Shown: one piece after another, positions 8,226-19,722 of the stretch
How positions within the stretch are numbered: the first letter of the stretch is position 1
Layout: the number at the start of each line of letters is the position of its first letter
Assembly (NCBI GenBank): GCA_051747065.1
Contig: JBNJFT010000002.1
Span: 1 to 45,826 of the forward strand
Direction of reading: 5' to 3'
Source of the DNA: Bacteroidota bacterium
GTDB lineage: Bacteria > Bacteroidota > Bacteroidia > Bacteroidales > UBA12077
Length of the DNA stretch: 45,826 nucleotides
Notes under the pieces: generated by a model
Told to the model about the DNA's origin: nothing
The model's input: the letters and a program-made list of their open reading frames with translations, nothing else
Database searches by the model: none
Position numbers and translations under genes: made by a program

Positions 8226-10286
8226 ATGAAGCGCTTATTTTTATTTTTATTTTTCATAAGTTTCTCAGTATCATTGTTATCCCAAGTTGTTGATCCAGTG
8301 AGTTGGGATTATTCTGTAAAAAAGACTGGGGCTAACACTGCCGAGTTAATATTTGAAGCAGATATTGAAGGGAACTGGCATCTCTACGCACAAAATTTTA
8401 AAGAGGGTGGGCCGGTGAGAACAAATTTTCAATTTGATGATTCTGAAAATTTTGAATTAGTTGGGGAAACATCTGAAAGTCCTGACCCTAAAGAGGAGTA
8501 CGACGAATTGTTTGAGATGGATGTTAAATATTTTAGCAACCAGGCTACTTTCACGCAAAAAATAAAATTTCTTTCAGATAAAACTTTTAATATTACTGGT
8601 AACATTGAATATCAGGTATGTCAGGAAGATAAATGTGTGTACTTTAACCCGGATTTTGAATTTCAGGTCAAGGGTGATACCGAAAAGGTTACATCAGAAT
8701 CAGAAAAAGCTGAAACAGAAGAGACAGAAGAAACAGAAGATAGCTCGGTGAGTGAGACAGGAGATAGTTTAGCAGGTGAAACTGATGACGTTTCAGTAAG
8801 TGAAACTGAAGATAAAGCAAAGAAAGATAATAATAGAACAACTGGTGAAAAATCTCTTGTTGGATTATTTTTTATGGCCTTAGGTTTGGGATTGGTTGGA
8901 ATTTTAACTCCATGCGTATACCCAATGATCCCTATGACAGTGACATTTTTCATGCAGGGACAATCAAACAGGATTGCTGGTTTAGTTAAGGCGTTGATCT
9001 TTGGCTTATCTATTGTGTTTCTATATACACTCGTAGGAGTTATTGTTTCGCTAACCAGTGCAGGCGCTGATTTTACAAGCTTGATCAGCACGCATTGGAT
9101 TCCTAATTTAATCTTTTTCTTGCTATTCCTTACATTTGCTGCTTCCTTCTTTGGTTTATTTGAGATTGTTTTACCATCCGGTATAGCCAATAAAGCAGAT
9201 AAGCAAGTGGATAAAGGAGGTTTTTTGGCATCATTTTTTATGGCGCTTACATTGGTAATTGTTTCTTTTTCTTGTACCGGCCCAATAGTTGGAGGACTAC
9301 TTGTTAAAGCTGCCAGTGGTGGTGTTGTTGAACCTACCATAGGAATGCTTGGATTTGGTCTTGGATTTGGATTGCCATTTACTTTGCTTGCAATATTTCC
9401 GGGTTGGCTTAAGAATATGCCTAAATCCGGTGGATGGATGAATGCCGTGAAAGTGGTACTGGCATTTATTATTTTAGCATTCTCGTTCTATTTCTTGTCA
9501 AAGATTGAAGCCAATTATCATCTTAATATATTGAGCCGGGATGTATTTCTAGCTATTTGGATATCCATATTTATGACACTTGGCCTTTATTTATTAGGTA
9601 AAATTCGTTTTGCTAATGATAGTGAACTCACAAAGGTTCCTGTATTCAGAATGTTATTGGCAATCGCTTCATTTACATTTGCTATATACCTGGTACCGGG
9701 TTTGTTTGGTGCCAATCTGTCCCCTCTCTCAAGTGTATTGCCTCCCCAGTCTGAACAAAATTTCACAATAACATCGCAACAAGCTCCTGCTTCAGAAACT
9801 CCATCAGAAACTATGTGTGGAGATGCAAAATATTCTGATTTTCTCCATCTGCCTTATAATATAAAAGGTTATTTTGATTATGAGCAGGGAATGGAATGTG
9901 CAAAAGAACTGAATAAACCTGCATTAGTCTATTTTACCGGCCATTCTTGTAGTAATTGTAAGCAAATGCAAGCAAAAGTATGGTCTGATTCAGAGGTGCA
10001 AAAAATACTTAAAGAAGATTATGTTGTGATTGCGCTATATATTGATGATAAGGAAAAATTGCCTGAATCGGAATGGATTAAGTCAGAGTATGATGGGAAA
10101 ACCAAGAAAACCATTGGCAAATTCAATGCAGATCTCCAGATAACCCGCTTTAATTCAAACACTCAACCCTATTATGTTTTATTGGACAATTCTGAAGAAG
10201 AATTAACTGAACCAATGGGATATGAATTAGACACTAAGGAATTTATTGATTTCCTCGATAGAGGCATGAAGAATTTTAACAGGTAG
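8226..10286 (+). CDS. dsbD: Thiol:disulfide interchange protein DsbD-like (protein-disulfide reductase)
   Basis: Signal peptide, DsbD-alpha-like domain with a Cys pair (VCQEDKC), multi-TM core with CVYPMIP and FSCTGP, and a C-terminal thioredoxin fold with CSNC. I prefer the ATG at 8226 (MKRLFLFLFF) to the TTG at 8217 used in the track. Confidence 0.85.
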   Translation: MKRLFLFLFFISFSVSLLSQVVDPVSWDYSVKKTGANTAELIFEADIEGNWHLYAQNFKEGGPVRTNFQFDDSENFELVGETSESPDPKEEYDELFEMDVKYFSNQATFTQKIKFLSDKTFNITGNIEYQVCQEDKCVYFNPDFEFQVKGDTEKVTSESEKAETEETEETEDSSVSETGDSLAGETDDVSVSETEDKAKKDNNRTTGEKSLVGLFFMALGLGLVGILTPCVYPMIPMTVTFFMQGQSNRIAGLVKALIFGLSIVFLYTLVGVIVSLTSAGADFTSLISTHWIPNLIFFLLFLTFAASFFGLFEIVLPSGIANKADKQVDKGGFLASFFMALTLVIVSFSCTGPIVGGLLVKAASGGVVEPTIGMLGFGLGFGLPFTLLAIFPGWLKNMPKSGGWMNAVKVVLAFIILAFSFYFLSKIEANYHLNILSRDVFLAIWISIFMTLGLYLLGKIRFANDSELTKVPVFRMLLAIASFTFAIYLVPGLFGANLSPLSSVLPPQSEQNFTITSQQAPASETPSETMCGDAKYSDFLHLPYNIKGYFDYEQGMECAKELNKPALVYFTGHSCSNCKQMQAKVWSDSEVQKILKEDYVVIALYIDDKEKLPESEWIKSEYDGKTKKTIGKFNADLQITRFNSNTQPYYVLLDNSEEELTEPMGYELDTKEFIDFLDRGMKNFNR

Positions 10287-10310
10287 AGCAGAAAAAAATA
10301 AGAAATGAAA

Positions 10311-10354
10311 TTAATCCGTGACGGTTTTATATGCATATATACCTCACGGATTAA
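10311..10354 (+). terminator. Intrinsic terminator after dsbD
   Basis: 11-bp stem TTAATCCGTGA / TCACGGATTAA, extended inward by GGT/ACC and a palindromic TATATGCATATA core, followed by TTGTTTTT. Confidence 0.65.
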
Positions 10355-11105
10355 TTGTTTTTATCACAATTAGGTACAATAGGAATATTGCTGTAATGAG
10401 AGTTTTTCACTAACTATATAGGCAGTTTCAGATAAAATTAAAGGTTTAATAATCAATCAGTCTGTAAGTTATTGAGGAAAATACGGCCTCGAAAACAATC
10501 AAAATTAGAAAAAAGCTGGGTTATCGCAGAAATAGATTTATGGAATTTAGTGCCCTTCAATTTTAACTTGAAAGTTTTCACGTTCATTATTTTAACAACT
10601 TTTATTTAAAATATCCATATCAAGCCCCTTTCCGCCGTTCTACTAACTACTGAATACTATCTACTCAGCAGTTAACTGAGGTCAGTTTTAATATTTGCCT
10701 CTACTTCTGAATGCGCCTATATAGAAAAGTTAATCTATTCAACTGTTTCCATAAAACTCCCCAGGAGAAATATCATTTGGACATTTATATTATAGTAGTT
10801 TATTCTATTTTTTTCTTCATTTATTTGAAGTTTTTAGCAACTGACTATAATTGACCATTAACCTATTAATCGCTGCAAGATGGAAGTTGAATATATTAAG
10901 AAAGTAAAATCAAGGAATTTATATTTAAATAATTCGCCCAATAATTTTTTATTTAGATAAAAACATTTTATTTTTGCGGCTCCGTATTCAGCTTGCTCTT
11001 CAGAAAGCAGTAACTAGATAAACGGGACTTTGGGCATTTTTAGAATGCTTTTTTATGAAATAAAGAATTAAGTAAAAAATAATTGGGTATTTCTAAAAAA
11101 AAAAA

Positions 11106-11113
11106 TACCTTTG
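11106..11113 (+). promoter_or_regulatory. Candidate -7 promoter box of the ribosomal superoperon (rpsL)
   Basis: TACCTTTG lies 41 nt upstream of the rpsL ATG, with a TTG about 20 nt further upstream (11083-11085) as a possible -33 element. Confidence 0.45.
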
Positions 11114-11153
11114 CAAACCGATTTTGGAAACTAGGAATAAATTAATCTGATAT

Positions 11154-11528
11154 ATGCCAACAATACAGCAATTAATTAGAAAAGGACGGAAGGAAGTAGA
11201 GAAAAAGAAAAAAGCTCCGGCTTTGGATTCTTGTCCCCAAAAAAGAGGTGTTTGTACAAGAGTTTATACAACAACACCAAAAAAACCAAACTCAGCAATG
11301 CGTAAAATTGCTAGAGTTCGATTAACCAATGGAAAAGAGGTTAATGCTTATATCCCTGGTGAAGGACATAATCTCCAGGAGCACTCAGTTGTTTTAATCC
11401 GCGGTGGAAGAGTAAAGGACTTGCCGGGTGTACGTTATCATTTAGTTAGAGGTACGTTGGATACTTCTGGTGTAGAAGGAAGATTGCAGGGAAGATCAAA
11501 GTATGGAACCAAAAAACCTAAAAAGTAA
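11154..11528 (+). CDS. rpsL: 30S ribosomal protein uS12
   Basis: [12 protein letters not shown]...PKKPNSA.RK; first gene of the str operon. Confidence 0.98.
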   Translation: MPTIQQLIRKGRKEVEKKKKAPALDSCPQKRGVCTRVYTTTPKKPNSAMRKIARVRLTNGKEVNAYIPGEGHNLQEHSVVLIRGGRVKDLPGVRYHLVRGTLDTSGVEGRLQGRSKYGTKKPKK

Positions 11529-11546
11529 TTAAAAGCATTCTGAAAA

Positions 11547-12023
11547 ATGAGGAAGTTTAAAACAAAAACACAAGGAAGATTACCGGATGCCAAATATAAC
11601 GACACGTTGGTTACTCGTTTTGTCAATGATTTGATGATTCATGGTAAAAAATCAAAAGCATTCGACATTTTCTATGGCATGCTGGATATCGTAGGTGAGA
11701 AGATGAAAAATGATGAGAACAGCCCACTTGATATATGGAAAAAAGCATTGGAAAATATTTCACCACAGGTTGAGGTTAAGAGCAGGAGAATTGGAGGAGC
11801 AACCTTTCAGGTACCACAAGAGGTAAACCCAAGTCGCAAAACATCTATTAGTATCAAGAATATGATTAAATATGCTCGCCAAAGAAGCGGAAGAGGCATG
11901 AAAGAGAAATTGGCTGCTGAAGTAATGGCTGCCTATAATGAAGAAGGCGGAGCTTTCAAACGTAAAGAAGAAATACATAGAATGGCTGATGCAAATAAAG
12001 CATTTGCTCATTTTAGATTTTAA
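11547..12023 (+). CDS. rpsG: 30S ribosomal protein uS7
   Basis: 158 aa, [16 protein letters not shown] motif, str operon position. Confidence 0.97.
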   Translation: MRKFKTKTQGRLPDAKYNDTLVTRFVNDLMIHGKKSKAFDIFYGMLDIVGEKMKNDENSPLDIWKKALENISPQVEVKSRRIGGATFQVPQEVNPSRKTSISIKNMIKYARQRSGRGMKEKLAAEVMAAYNEEGGAFKRKEEIHRMADANKAFAHFRF

Positions 12024-12072
12024 ATAAATTATAAGAAGATTGTAGTACGGATAAAAGAAGAGTGAAAAAGGG

Positions 12073-14181
12073 ATGAATTCAGATTTACAGTATACCAGGA
12101 ATATAGGGATTATGGCGCATATTGATGCTGGTAAGACAACAACCACTGAGCGAATGTTGTATTATACTGGTATTACTCATAAGATTGGTGAAGTGCATGA
12201 CGGAGATGCGCAGATGGATTGGATGGAACAAGAGCAAGAAAGAGGAATTACTATTACATCTGCAGCAACTACTTGTTTTTGGAATTACAAGAATAATGAT
12301 TACAAAATTAACATTATTGATACACCGGGACACGTTGATTTTACTGTTGAAGTAGAGCGTTCATTACGTGTGTTGGATGGGGCAATTGCGGTGTTTTGTG
12401 CAGTTGGAGGTGTAGAGCCTCAATCTGAAACTGTATGGCATCAAGCTGATAAATACGGTGTTCCCAAGCTTGCATTCATTAATAAAATGGATAGACAAGG
12501 TGCCGATTTTTATTCAGTTGTTTCACAAATAAAGAATAAGCTTAAGGCACAACCAATTCCATTGCAAATTCCAATAGGAGCCGCCGATACTTTTGAAGGA
12601 GTAATCGATTTAATCGAAAACAAAGGTATAGTTTGGGTAGACGATAAAGAACTGGGAACAAATTATAAATTTATTGATATTCCCGATGAATTTAAGGAAG
12701 AAGCAGCAAAGTATCGTGGTGAGTTAATCGAAGCGGTAGCCGAGTATGATGATAAACTGTTGGAAAAATATTTTGAAGATCCTGAATCTATTACTACAGA
12801 TGAAATGAGGGATGCAATCCGTAGAGCTACAATCGATATGAGTATCGTACCGGTTTTATGCGGATCTGCATTTAAAAATAAAGGCGTTCAACGCTTACTT
12901 GATTCAATAATAACCCTATTGCCTAGTCCTATGGATATTAGCGCAATAGAGGGGAAACATCCCAAAACCGAAGAAAGTATCAAAAGAAGCCCGGATGCTG
13001 AGGAACCAACTTCTGCATTAGTTTTTAAAATTGCTACCGACCCTTTTGTTGGGAGGCTTGCTTTTATGAGGGTTTATTCGGGAGCTTTGACCTCAAAGTC
13101 AACCTTGTTTAATCCCAGAACCGGCAAAAAAGAACGTGTTAATCGTTTGTATCAGATGCATGCCAATAAGCAAAAACCGAAAGATAGAATTGAAGCCGGT
13201 GATATATGTGCAGCAGTAGGTTTTAAGGATTTACGAACAGGTGATACTTTATGTGATTCGAAGCAACCTATTCTTCTTGAATCTATAGAGTTTCCAGAAC
13301 CGGTGATTGGTGTAGCAATTGAGCCAAAGACTCAGAAAGATTATGATAAGCTCACAATGGCTTTAGGTAAACTTGCAGAGGAAGATCCTACTTTTACAGT
13401 ACAAGGAGACGAAGATACAGGACAGACCGTAATCAACGGAATGGGTGAGCTTCATCTTGAAGTGATTATTGATCGTTTAAAACGTGAGTTTAAAGTAGAT
13501 GCTAATCAGGGAGCTCCTCAGGTTAACTATAAAGAAGCTATTACGCAGGAAATTGATCATCACGAAGTTTTCAAAAAACAAACTGGTGGTAGAGGAAAAT
13601 TTGCTGAGATAAATGCTAAAATTGGGCCTGCTGACGAAGATATAAAAGGATTGCAATTTGAAAATAAGATTAAAGGAGGAAATATACCTAAAGAATATAT
13701 CCCTTCTGTAGAGAAAGGCTTTAGAGAAGCTATGAATAATGGTGTATTAGCTGGATATCCTTTAGACAGTTTGAAAGTTGTGCTTTATGATGGGTCATAC
13801 CACGATGTTGATTCTGATCAACTTGCATTTGAAACTGTGGCACGTATGGCTTTTAAAGAGGCATGTGTCAAAGCAAAACCTATTTTGCTTGAGCCTATTA
13901 TGACAGCTGAGGTAGTTACTCCCGAAGAATATATGGGTGATGTCATCGCTGATTTTAATAAAAGAAGAGGAAATGTTGAGGGGATGGAAAATAAAGGTAG
14001 TGCTAAAGTGATTAGAGCAAAAGTGCCATTATCAGAAAAATTTGGTTATGTTACTGTCTTACGTACTATAACTTCTGGCAGAGCAACATCAACCATGGAG
14101 TTTTCACATTATGAGCAAGTTCCAAAAGAAATCGCTAAAGATATTATCGAAAAAGCAAAAGGTAAAATTGAGTTAGTTTAA
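12073..14181 (+). CDS. fusA: Elongation factor G
   Basis: 702 aa, G1 [10 protein letters not shown]3 DTPGHVDF, G4 NKMD, five-domain length. Confidence 0.98.
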   Translation: MNSDLQYTRNIGIMAHIDAGKTTTTERMLYYTGITHKIGEVHDGDAQMDWMEQEQERGITITSAATTCFWNYKNNDYKINIIDTPGHVDFTVEVERSLRVLDGAIAVFCAVGGVEPQSETVWHQADKYGVPKLAFINKMDRQGADFYSVVSQIKNKLKAQPIPLQIPIGAADTFEGVIDLIENKGIVWVDDKELGTNYKFIDIPDEFKEEAAKYRGELIEAVAEYDDKLLEKYFEDPESITTDEMRDAIRRATIDMSIVPVLCGSAFKNKGVQRLLDSIITLLPSPMDISAIEGKHPKTEESIKRSPDAEEPTSALVFKIATDPFVGRLAFMRVYSGALTSKSTLFNPRTGKKERVNRLYQMHANKQKPKDRIEAGDICAAVGFKDLRTGDTLCDSKQPILLESIEFPEPVIGVAIEPKTQKDYDKLTMALGKLAEEDPTFTVQGDEDTGQTVINGMGELHLEVIIDRLKREFKVDANQGAPQVNYKEAITQEIDHHEVFKKQTGGRGKFAEINAKIGPADEDIKGLQFENKIKGGNIPKEYIPSVEKGFREAMNNGVLAGYPLDSLKVVLYDGSYHDVDSDQLAFETVARMAFKEACVKAKPILLEPIMTAEVVTPEEYMGDVIADFNKRRGNVEGMENKGSAKVIRAKVPLSEKFGYVTVLRTITSGRATSTMEFSHYEQVPKEIAKDIIEKAKGKIELV

Positions 14182-14192
14182 ACTGTTGTATA

Positions 14193-14498
14193 ATGAGTCA
14201 GAAAATTAGAATAAAACTAAAGTCTTACGATCACAACTTGGTGGACAAAAGCGCAGAGAAAATAGTTAAGACTGTTAAGTCCACGGGTGCTGTTGTAAGT
14301 GGTCCCATTCCTCTGCCAACTAAAAAGAGGATATTTACAGTAAATAGGTCCCCTTTTGTGAATAAAACAGCTAGGGAGCAATTTCAGCTTTGTTCATTTA
14401 AAAGATTGATGGACATATACAGTACAACACCCAAAACCATCGATTCTTTGATGAAATTGGAATTACCTAGTGGTGTAGAGGTAGAAATTAAAGTTTAA
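14193..14498 (+). CDS. rpsJ: 30S ribosomal protein uS10
   Basis: [12 protein letters not shown]...VSGPIPLPT pattern. Confidence 0.97.
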   Translation: MSQKIRIKLKSYDHNLVDKSAEKIVKTVKSTGAVVSGPIPLPTKKRIFTVNRSPFVNKTAREQFQLCSFKRLMDIYSTTPKTIDSLMKLELPSGVEVEIKV

Positions 14499-14517
14499 TT
14501 TTAAAGTCAAAATTTAA

Positions 14518-15135
14518 ATGGCTGGTTTAATAGGAAAGAAAATAGGAATGACTTCAGTTTTCGGTGTCGATGGGAAAAATATCCCATGCACTGTAATCGA
14601 AGCCGGACCCTGTGTAGTAACTCAGGTAAAAACCGAGGAGAATGATGGATATTCTGCCTTGCAGCTCGCTTTTGATGACAAAAAAGAAAAGAATGTAACA
14701 AAATCTCTTTTAGGTCATTTTAAAAAAGCTAAAACTTCTCCAAAAACAAGAATGGTTGAACTTAGTGATTTTGAAGAGGAATACAAATTAGGGGATACCA
14801 TTACCGTTGATATTTTTAAAGATGATACATGGGTTGATGTATCCGGAATATCCAAAGGAAAAGGTTTTCAGGGAGTTGTTAAAAGACATGGTTTTAGTGG
14901 AGTTGGAGGTCAAACACATGGTCAAAAAGATCAGGAGAGAGCGCCCGGCTCAGTTGGTGCATCCTCAGACCCATCTCGTGTTTTTAAAGGCATGAGAATG
15001 GCAGGTAGAGCCGGAGGAAATAAGGTTAAAGTTATTGACCTTCGGGTTATCAAAATAATGCCTGAAAAGAATTTATTATTAGTTAAAGGATCAGTACCAG
15101 GTCATAGAGGTTCATATTTAATCATCGAGAAGTAA
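14518..15135 (+). CDS. rplC: 50S ribosomal protein uL3
   Basis: [16 protein letters not shown]-terminus; S10 operon order. Confidence 0.97.
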   Translation: MAGLIGKKIGMTSVFGVDGKNIPCTVIEAGPCVVTQVKTEENDGYSALQLAFDDKKEKNVTKSLLGHFKKAKTSPKTRMVELSDFEEEYKLGDTITVDIFKDDTWVDVSGISKGKGFQGVVKRHGFSGVGGQTHGQKDQERAPGSVGASSDPSRVFKGMRMAGRAGGNKVKVIDLRVIKIMPEKNLLLVKGSVPGHRGSYLIIEK

Positions 15136-15764
15136 TGGAGTTACCAGTATTAAATAAAGCAGGAGAGGATACCGGAAAAAAAATCAGTTTAAGTGAAGAA
15201 ATTTTCGGTATAACACCTAACGACCATGCCATATATATGGATGTAAAACATTATATGGCGAATAGAAGACAAGGAACTCATAAGGCGAAAGAGCGTAATG
15301 AAATTGTCGGGAGCAGAAGAAAAATAAAACGCCAAAAAGGAACAGGTACTGCAAGGTCTGGAGATATCAAATCTCCCTTGTTCCGAGGCGGGGGACGTGT
15401 TTTTGGCCCCAGACCCCGAGATTATAGCTTTAAGCTGAATAAAAAAGTAAAGAAGATAGCGCGTAAATCCGCTCTTTCTTATAAGGTTAAAAACAATGAG
15501 TTAAAAGTTGTGGAGGCCTTTAAACTTGAGCAACCTAAAACTAAAGAATTCACTGATATTAGAAATAATTTGGGTGGTAGCGAGAAAAAGTTACTTTTAG
15601 TTTTAGAAGAACCAAATAAAAATATATATTTGTCCTCCCGAAATATACCCGACGTTAAAGTTCTGCCTGTAAATGAGATTAATACCTATGAAATTATTAA
15701 TGCTGAACAGGTAGTTTTCTTTGAGGGTTCGCTGGAAACATTAGAAAAACAATTAAGTGTATAG
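15135..15764 (+). CDS. rplD: 50S ribosomal protein uL4
   Basis: [25 protein letters not shown] motif. Its start overlaps the rplC stop (TAATG). Confidence 0.97.
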   Translation: MELPVLNKAGEDTGKKISLSEEIFGITPNDHAIYMDVKHYMANRRQGTHKAKERNEIVGSRRKIKRQKGTGTARSGDIKSPLFRGGGRVFGPRPRDYSFKLNKKVKKIARKSALSYKVKNNELKVVEAFKLEQPKTKEFTDIRNNLGGSEKKLLLVLEEPNKNIYLSSRNIPDVKVLPVNEINTYEIINAEQVVFFEGSLETLEKQLSV

Positions 15765-15767
15765 ACT

Positions 15768-16067
15768 ATGGCTAAGAATATATTATTAAAGAAGCCCCTT
15801 ATTACGGAAAAAATGACCGAACAAGGCGACGAGCTGAATAAATATGGGTTTATTGTCCATAAGGAAGCCAACAAAATTCAGATACGTAACGCTATTGAAG
15901 AGATGTACGGTGTTACAGTTGAATCTGTAAACACGATGAACTATCTTGGAAAACAACGGATGAGGTATACACAAGCCGGAATTATTCGAGGAAAGGAAAA
16001 AGATTATAAGAAAGCAATTGTAACATTAGCTGAAGGTGATTCAATTGATTTTTACAGTAACATATAG
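15768..16067 (+). CDS. rplW: 50S ribosomal protein uL23
   Basis: 99 aa, LKKPLITEK N-terminus, operon position. Confidence 0.95.
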   Translation: MAKNILLKKPLITEKMTEQGDELNKYGFIVHKEANKIQIRNAIEEMYGVTVESVNTMNYLGKQRMRYTQAGIIRGKEKDYKKAIVTLAEGDSIDFYSNI

Positions 16068-16083
16068 GAAGAAATATTGAGTT

Positions 16084-16908
16084 ATGGCAGTAAGAAAATT
16101 AAAACCAACAACACCAGGACAAAGACATAAAATGATAAGTGCCTTTGATACTGTTACTAAAACAGAACCTGAAAAATCCTTATTGGCACCAAAACACAAA
16201 TCTGGTGGACGAAACAGTGCGGGCCGAATGACCATAAGATATCGCGGTGGAGGACATAAACAAAGATACCGTATTATTGATTTCCGTCGAGATAAGGACG
16301 GAATGAAGGGTACTGTTAAAACGATTGAGTATGATCCAAATCGTTCTGCCCGGATAGCCTTGGTGGTCTATGAAGATGGAGAGAAAAGATATATCCTTGC
16401 ACCTAATAGTATAAAAGAAGGACAAACAATTGTTTCCGGAAAGGGTGCCGCCCCAAATATAGGAAATGCATTATATCTTGCAGATATTCCTCTTGGTACT
16501 ATTGTACATAATATTGAATTATCCCCCGGGAAAGGTGGAGTTATGGCTAGAAGTGCCGGAACATATGCTCAGTTAACATCTAGAGAGGGCAAATATGCTA
16601 ATATTAAATTGCCTTCCGGTGAAACTAGAATGGTTTTAACCACTTGTAAAGCTACTATTGGAACTGTTTCAAATTCTGATCATATTATTCAATCCGGTGG
16701 AAAAGCCGGACGAAGCAGATGGTTTGGCAGACGTCCAAGAGTACGAGGAGTTGCAATGAACCCGATCGACCACCCAATGGGAGGTGGTGAAGGTAGAGCT
16801 TCCGGCGGTATTCCCCGATCCAGAAACGGTATGCCGGCAAAAGGTTATAAAACCAGGAAGCTTAAAAAGAAATCTAATAGATATATTGTAGTTAAAAGAA
16901 AAAAGTAA
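16084..16908 (+). CDS. rplB: 50S ribosomal protein uL2
   Basis: [15 protein letters not shown] and [17 protein letters not shown] motifs. Confidence 0.98.
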   Translation: MAVRKLKPTTPGQRHKMISAFDTVTKTEPEKSLLAPKHKSGGRNSAGRMTIRYRGGGHKQRYRIIDFRRDKDGMKGTVKTIEYDPNRSARIALVVYEDGEKRYILAPNSIKEGQTIVSGKGAAPNIGNALYLADIPLGTIVHNIELSPGKGGVMARSAGTYAQLTSREGKYANIKLPSGETRMVLTTCKATIGTVSNSDHIIQSGGKAGRSRWFGRRPRVRGVAMNPIDHPMGGGEGRASGGIPRSRNGMPAKGYKTRKLKKKSNRYIVVKRKK

Positions 16909-16928
16909 ACGGTTAATCAGATATACTT

Positions 16929-17198
16929 ATGAGTCGTTCATTAAAAAAAGGACCTTTTGTAGAGTACAAGTTGGAGAAGCGAATTCTTGAAATGAATGAA
17001 TCAGGCAAGAAGAAAGTCTTAAAAACATGGTCACGTCGATCCATGGTTACGCCTGAATTTGTTGGACATACAATTGCGGTACATAATGGGAATAAATTTG
17101 TTCCAGTTTATATTACTGAAAATATGGTAGGACATAAACTGGGAGAATTTGCACCAACAAGAGTATTTAAAGGTCATCCTACGAAGAAAGGTAAATAA
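16929..17198 (+). CDS. rpsS: 30S ribosomal protein uS19
   Basis: [11 protein letters not shown]...GHTIAVHNG...[11 protein letters not shown]. Confidence 0.98.
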   Translation: MSRSLKKGPFVEYKLEKRILEMNESGKKKVLKTWSRRSMVTPEFVGHTIAVHNGNKFVPVYITENMVGHKLGEFAPTRVFKGHPTKKGK

Positions 17199-17220
17199 TA
17201 ATCAAGAAAAACACTGAATA

Positions 17221-17706
17221 ATGGGTGCACGAAAACGAGATAGAGCAGAGAAAATAAAAGAAGAAAAGAAGAACCAATACTACGCAGTTCTAAAGGGTTG
17301 TCCGATCGCTCCGAGAAAAATACGTTTACTCGCTGATCAAATCAGAGGACAAGAAGTGAATCAAGCCCTGGATATTGTAAGATATAGTCCGAAAGCTGCA
17401 GCTAGTTATGTAGAGAAATTACTTCTTTCTGCTATTTCAAACTGGCAAAATAAAAATGAAGGTGTACGTATAGAAGATACTCAGCTAATTGTTAGCGATA
17501 TACGTGTTGATGGCGGAAGGACTTTAAAAAGAATTCGCCCCGAAGCTATGGGAAGAGCTCATTTAATTAGGAAAAGGTCAAGTCACGTAACTATTCATCT
17601 CGAGAATCTTAAAGCTTCACAACAAGCAACTGAAGTTGACCAGACACCTGAGCAATCAACTCAAAAAGAAGAAATTAATAACGATTCACAAACAAATCAA
17701 GAATAG
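17221..17706 (+). CDS. rplV: 50S ribosomal protein uL22 with extended C-terminal tail
   Basis: Core (PRKIRLLADQIRG...LKRIRPEAMGRAH.IRKRSSHVTI) plus a Q/E/T-rich tail of about 35 aa. Confidence 0.95.
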   Translation: MGARKRDRAEKIKEEKKNQYYAVLKGCPIAPRKIRLLADQIRGQEVNQALDIVRYSPKAAASYVEKLLLSAISNWQNKNEGVRIEDTQLIVSDIRVDGGRTLKRIRPEAMGRAHLIRKRSSHVTIHLENLKASQQATEVDQTPEQSTQKEEINNDSQTNQE

Positions 17707-18402
17707 ATGGGACAAAAAATTAATCCGATAAGTAACAGACTTGGAATTATTAAAGGCTGGGAATCCAATTGGTATGGTGGAAAGGACTATAAAGATAAGT
17801 TAGTCGAAGATAATAAGATCAGAAAATATTTGAACGCTCGTCTTTCAAAAGCGAGTATTTCAAAAATTATTATAGAGCGTACTTTAAAATTAATTACTGT
17901 CACTATTCATACTGCCCGACCCGGAATAATTATCGGGAAAGGCGGCAAAGAAGTCGATAAGCTGAAAGAAGAACTTAAGAAATTGACTAAAAAGGAAGTT
18001 CAGATTAATATATTTGAGGTGAAACGTCCTGAATTAGATGCTACTTTAGTTGCTAATGGAATTGCTCGTCAGATTGAAGGTATGATATCATACAGAAGAG
18101 CAATAAAGATGGCTGTTGCATCTAGTATGCGACTAGGAGCTGAAGGAGTTAAGATTCAGATTTCAGGCCGTATCGGAGGAGCAGAGATGGCACGCACTGA
18201 GGTTTTTAAAGAAGGACGAACACCTTTGCATACTTTTAGAGCAGATATTGATTACGCTCTGGATGAAGCTCTTACAAAAGTCGGTCTTATTGGAATTAAA
18301 GTCTGGATTTTTAAAGGAGAAATTTTTGGTAAAGTTGATTTAACACCCTCTTTCAATGCAGGAAAAGGTTCTAAATCAAAAGGAAGAAAAAATCGGAAAT
18401 AG
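17707..18402 (+). CDS. rpsC: 30S ribosomal protein uS3
   Basis: MGQKINP...KH domain GIIIGKGG; the start directly abuts the rplV stop. Confidence 0.98.
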   Translation: MGQKINPISNRLGIIKGWESNWYGGKDYKDKLVEDNKIRKYLNARLSKASISKIIIERTLKLITVTIHTARPGIIIGKGGKEVDKLKEELKKLTKKEVQINIFEVKRPELDATLVANGIARQIEGMISYRRAIKMAVASSMRLGAEGVKIQISGRIGGAEMARTEVFKEGRTPLHTFRADIDYALDEALTKVGLIGIKVWIFKGEIFGKVDLTPSFNAGKGSKSKGRKNRK

Positions 18403-18418
18403 ATAAAATTTTAATCTA

Positions 18419-18838
18419 ATGTTACAACCAAAAAAGACAAAATATAGACGTCAACAAAAGGGACGCATGAAAGGGAACGCTAAGAGAGGCGCAACCTTAG
18501 CTTTTGGTTCTTTTGGGATAAAAACAATGCAGCAAGCATGGATCACCCAGAAGCAAATTGAGGCGGCTCGACAGTCTATGACTCGTTACATGAAAAGAGA
18601 GGGGCAAATTTGGATACGTATTTTTCCTGATAAGCCTATAACGAGTAAACCGGCCGAAGTTAGAATGGGTAAAGGACGTGGTGATCCGGCAGGATTTGTT
18701 GCACCTGTTACACCTGGAAGAATTCTAATTGAAATAGAAGGTGTCCCGAAAAGTGTGGCTCAGGAAGCACTGAGGTTAGCGGCACAAAAGCTACCAGTTA
18801 AAACGAAATTTGTTGTTCGTAGAGACTATGTTGAATAA
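18419..18838 (+). CDS. rplP: 50S ribosomal protein uL16
   Basis: [20 protein letters not shown]-terminus. Confidence 0.98.
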   Translation: MLQPKKTKYRRQQKGRMKGNAKRGATLAFGSFGIKTMQQAWITQKQIEAARQSMTRYMKREGQIWIRIFPDKPITSKPAEVRMGKGRGDPAGFVAPVTPGRILIEIEGVPKSVAQEALRLAAQKLPVKTKFVVRRDYVE

Positions 18839-18856
18839 TTACAATATTGAAGCAAT

Positions 18857-19066
18857 ATGAAACCTTCAGAAATAAGAGAATTAACATTGAATGAGATTGA
18901 AGAGCGCATTGAAAACGAACAAGGGCACTTAACTCAATTGAAACTGAACCATGCCGTATCACCTTTGGATAATCCAATAAAGATTCGAGAGACTAAAAAA
19001 AATATTGCCCGTTTGAAAACAGAACAAAGCAAACGTGCAAAAAAGCAGGAAGAATCTGAAAATTAA
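18857..19066 (+). CDS. rpmC: 50S ribosomal protein uL29
   Basis: 69 aa, helical ([14 protein letters not shown]...), operon position. Confidence 0.93.
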   Translation: MKPSEIRELTLNEIEERIENEQGHLTQLKLNHAVSPLDNPIKIRETKKNIARLKTEQSKRAKKQEESEN

Positions 19067-19080
19067 TACATATTGACAAA

Positions 19081-19338
19081 ATGGAAAAACGTAATCTAAG
19101 GAAAGATAAAGTAGGTGTAGTTGTTAGCAATAAGATGGATAAATCTATTGTTGTTGAGGTTAGTAGACGCGTTCGTCACTCTAAATACAAAAAATTTCTC
19201 AATAGAAGATCTACTTTTGTTGCTCACGATGATAAGGACGAATGCAACGAGGGAGATACTGTTAGAATAATGGAGACTCGACCTTTGAGCAAAAGAAAGC
19301 GTTGGAGATTAGTAGAAATTTTAGAAAGAGTTAAATAG
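19081..19338 (+). CDS. rpsQ: 30S ribosomal protein uS17
   Basis: 85 aa, [14 protein letters not shown]...HD....C..GD.V.I.E.RPLSK.K.W. Confidence 0.96.
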   Translation: MEKRNLRKDKVGVVVSNKMDKSIVVEVSRRVRHSKYKKFLNRRSTFVAHDDKDECNEGDTVRIMETRPLSKRKRWRLVEILERVK

Positions 19339-19344
19339 GAAACC

Positions 19345-19710
19345 ATGGTACAACAAGAAAGTAAACTTAATGTCGCTGATAACAGCGGCGCAAAAGTTGT
19401 AAAAGTCATTCGGGTTTTAGGTGGCAGCGGCAGAAGATATGCTTCTGTCGGGGACAAAGTTGTTGTAAGTGTGAGAGCTGCATTACCCTCTTCCGAAGTA
19501 AAAAAAGGGACGGTAAGCCAAGCTGTTATCGTAAGAACCAAAAAAGAAGTCAGACGTTCTGATGGTTCATATATTAGATTTGACAACAACGCTTGCGTAT
19601 TAGTTAATAATCTTGATGAAATTCGAGGAACCCGTATTTTTGGCCCAATCCCTCGTGAATTAAGAGAAAGTTATATGAAAATTATTTCTTTAGCACCGGA
19701 AGTATTATAA
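19345..19710 (+). CDS. rplN: 50S ribosomal protein uL14
   Basis: [18 protein letters not shown]-terminus. Confidence 0.98.
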   Translation: MVQQESKLNVADNSGAKVVKVIRVLGGSGRRYASVGDKVVVSVRAALPSSEVKKGTVSQAVIVRTKKEVRRSDGSYIRFDNNACVLVNNLDEIRGTRIFGPIPRELRESYMKIISLAPEVL

Positions 19711-19722
19711 AATTTTGAATTA

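Noticed and set aside
8663-9340. 225-aa minus-strand ORF
   Set aside because: It lies entirely inside dsbD on the opposite strand and has a low-complexity S/T/P/K composition that mirrors the dsbD codons. It is a shadow ORF.
11760-12146. 128-aa minus-strand ORF spanning the rpsG/fusA junction. The same reasoning applies to 11438-11626, 12085-12333 and 12122-12355.
   Set aside because: These ORFs are antisense to, or out of frame with, highly conserved genes, and I recognised no motifs in them.
14182-14192. No tuf gene after fusA and no adk between secY and map
   Set aside because: This is the usual Bacteroidota arrangement, where tuf sits elsewhere. It is not a deletion or rearrangement.
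19224-19589. 121-aa minus-strand ORF
   Set aside because: It is antisense to rpsQ/rplN, which are unambiguous ribosomal genes. It is a shadow ORF.
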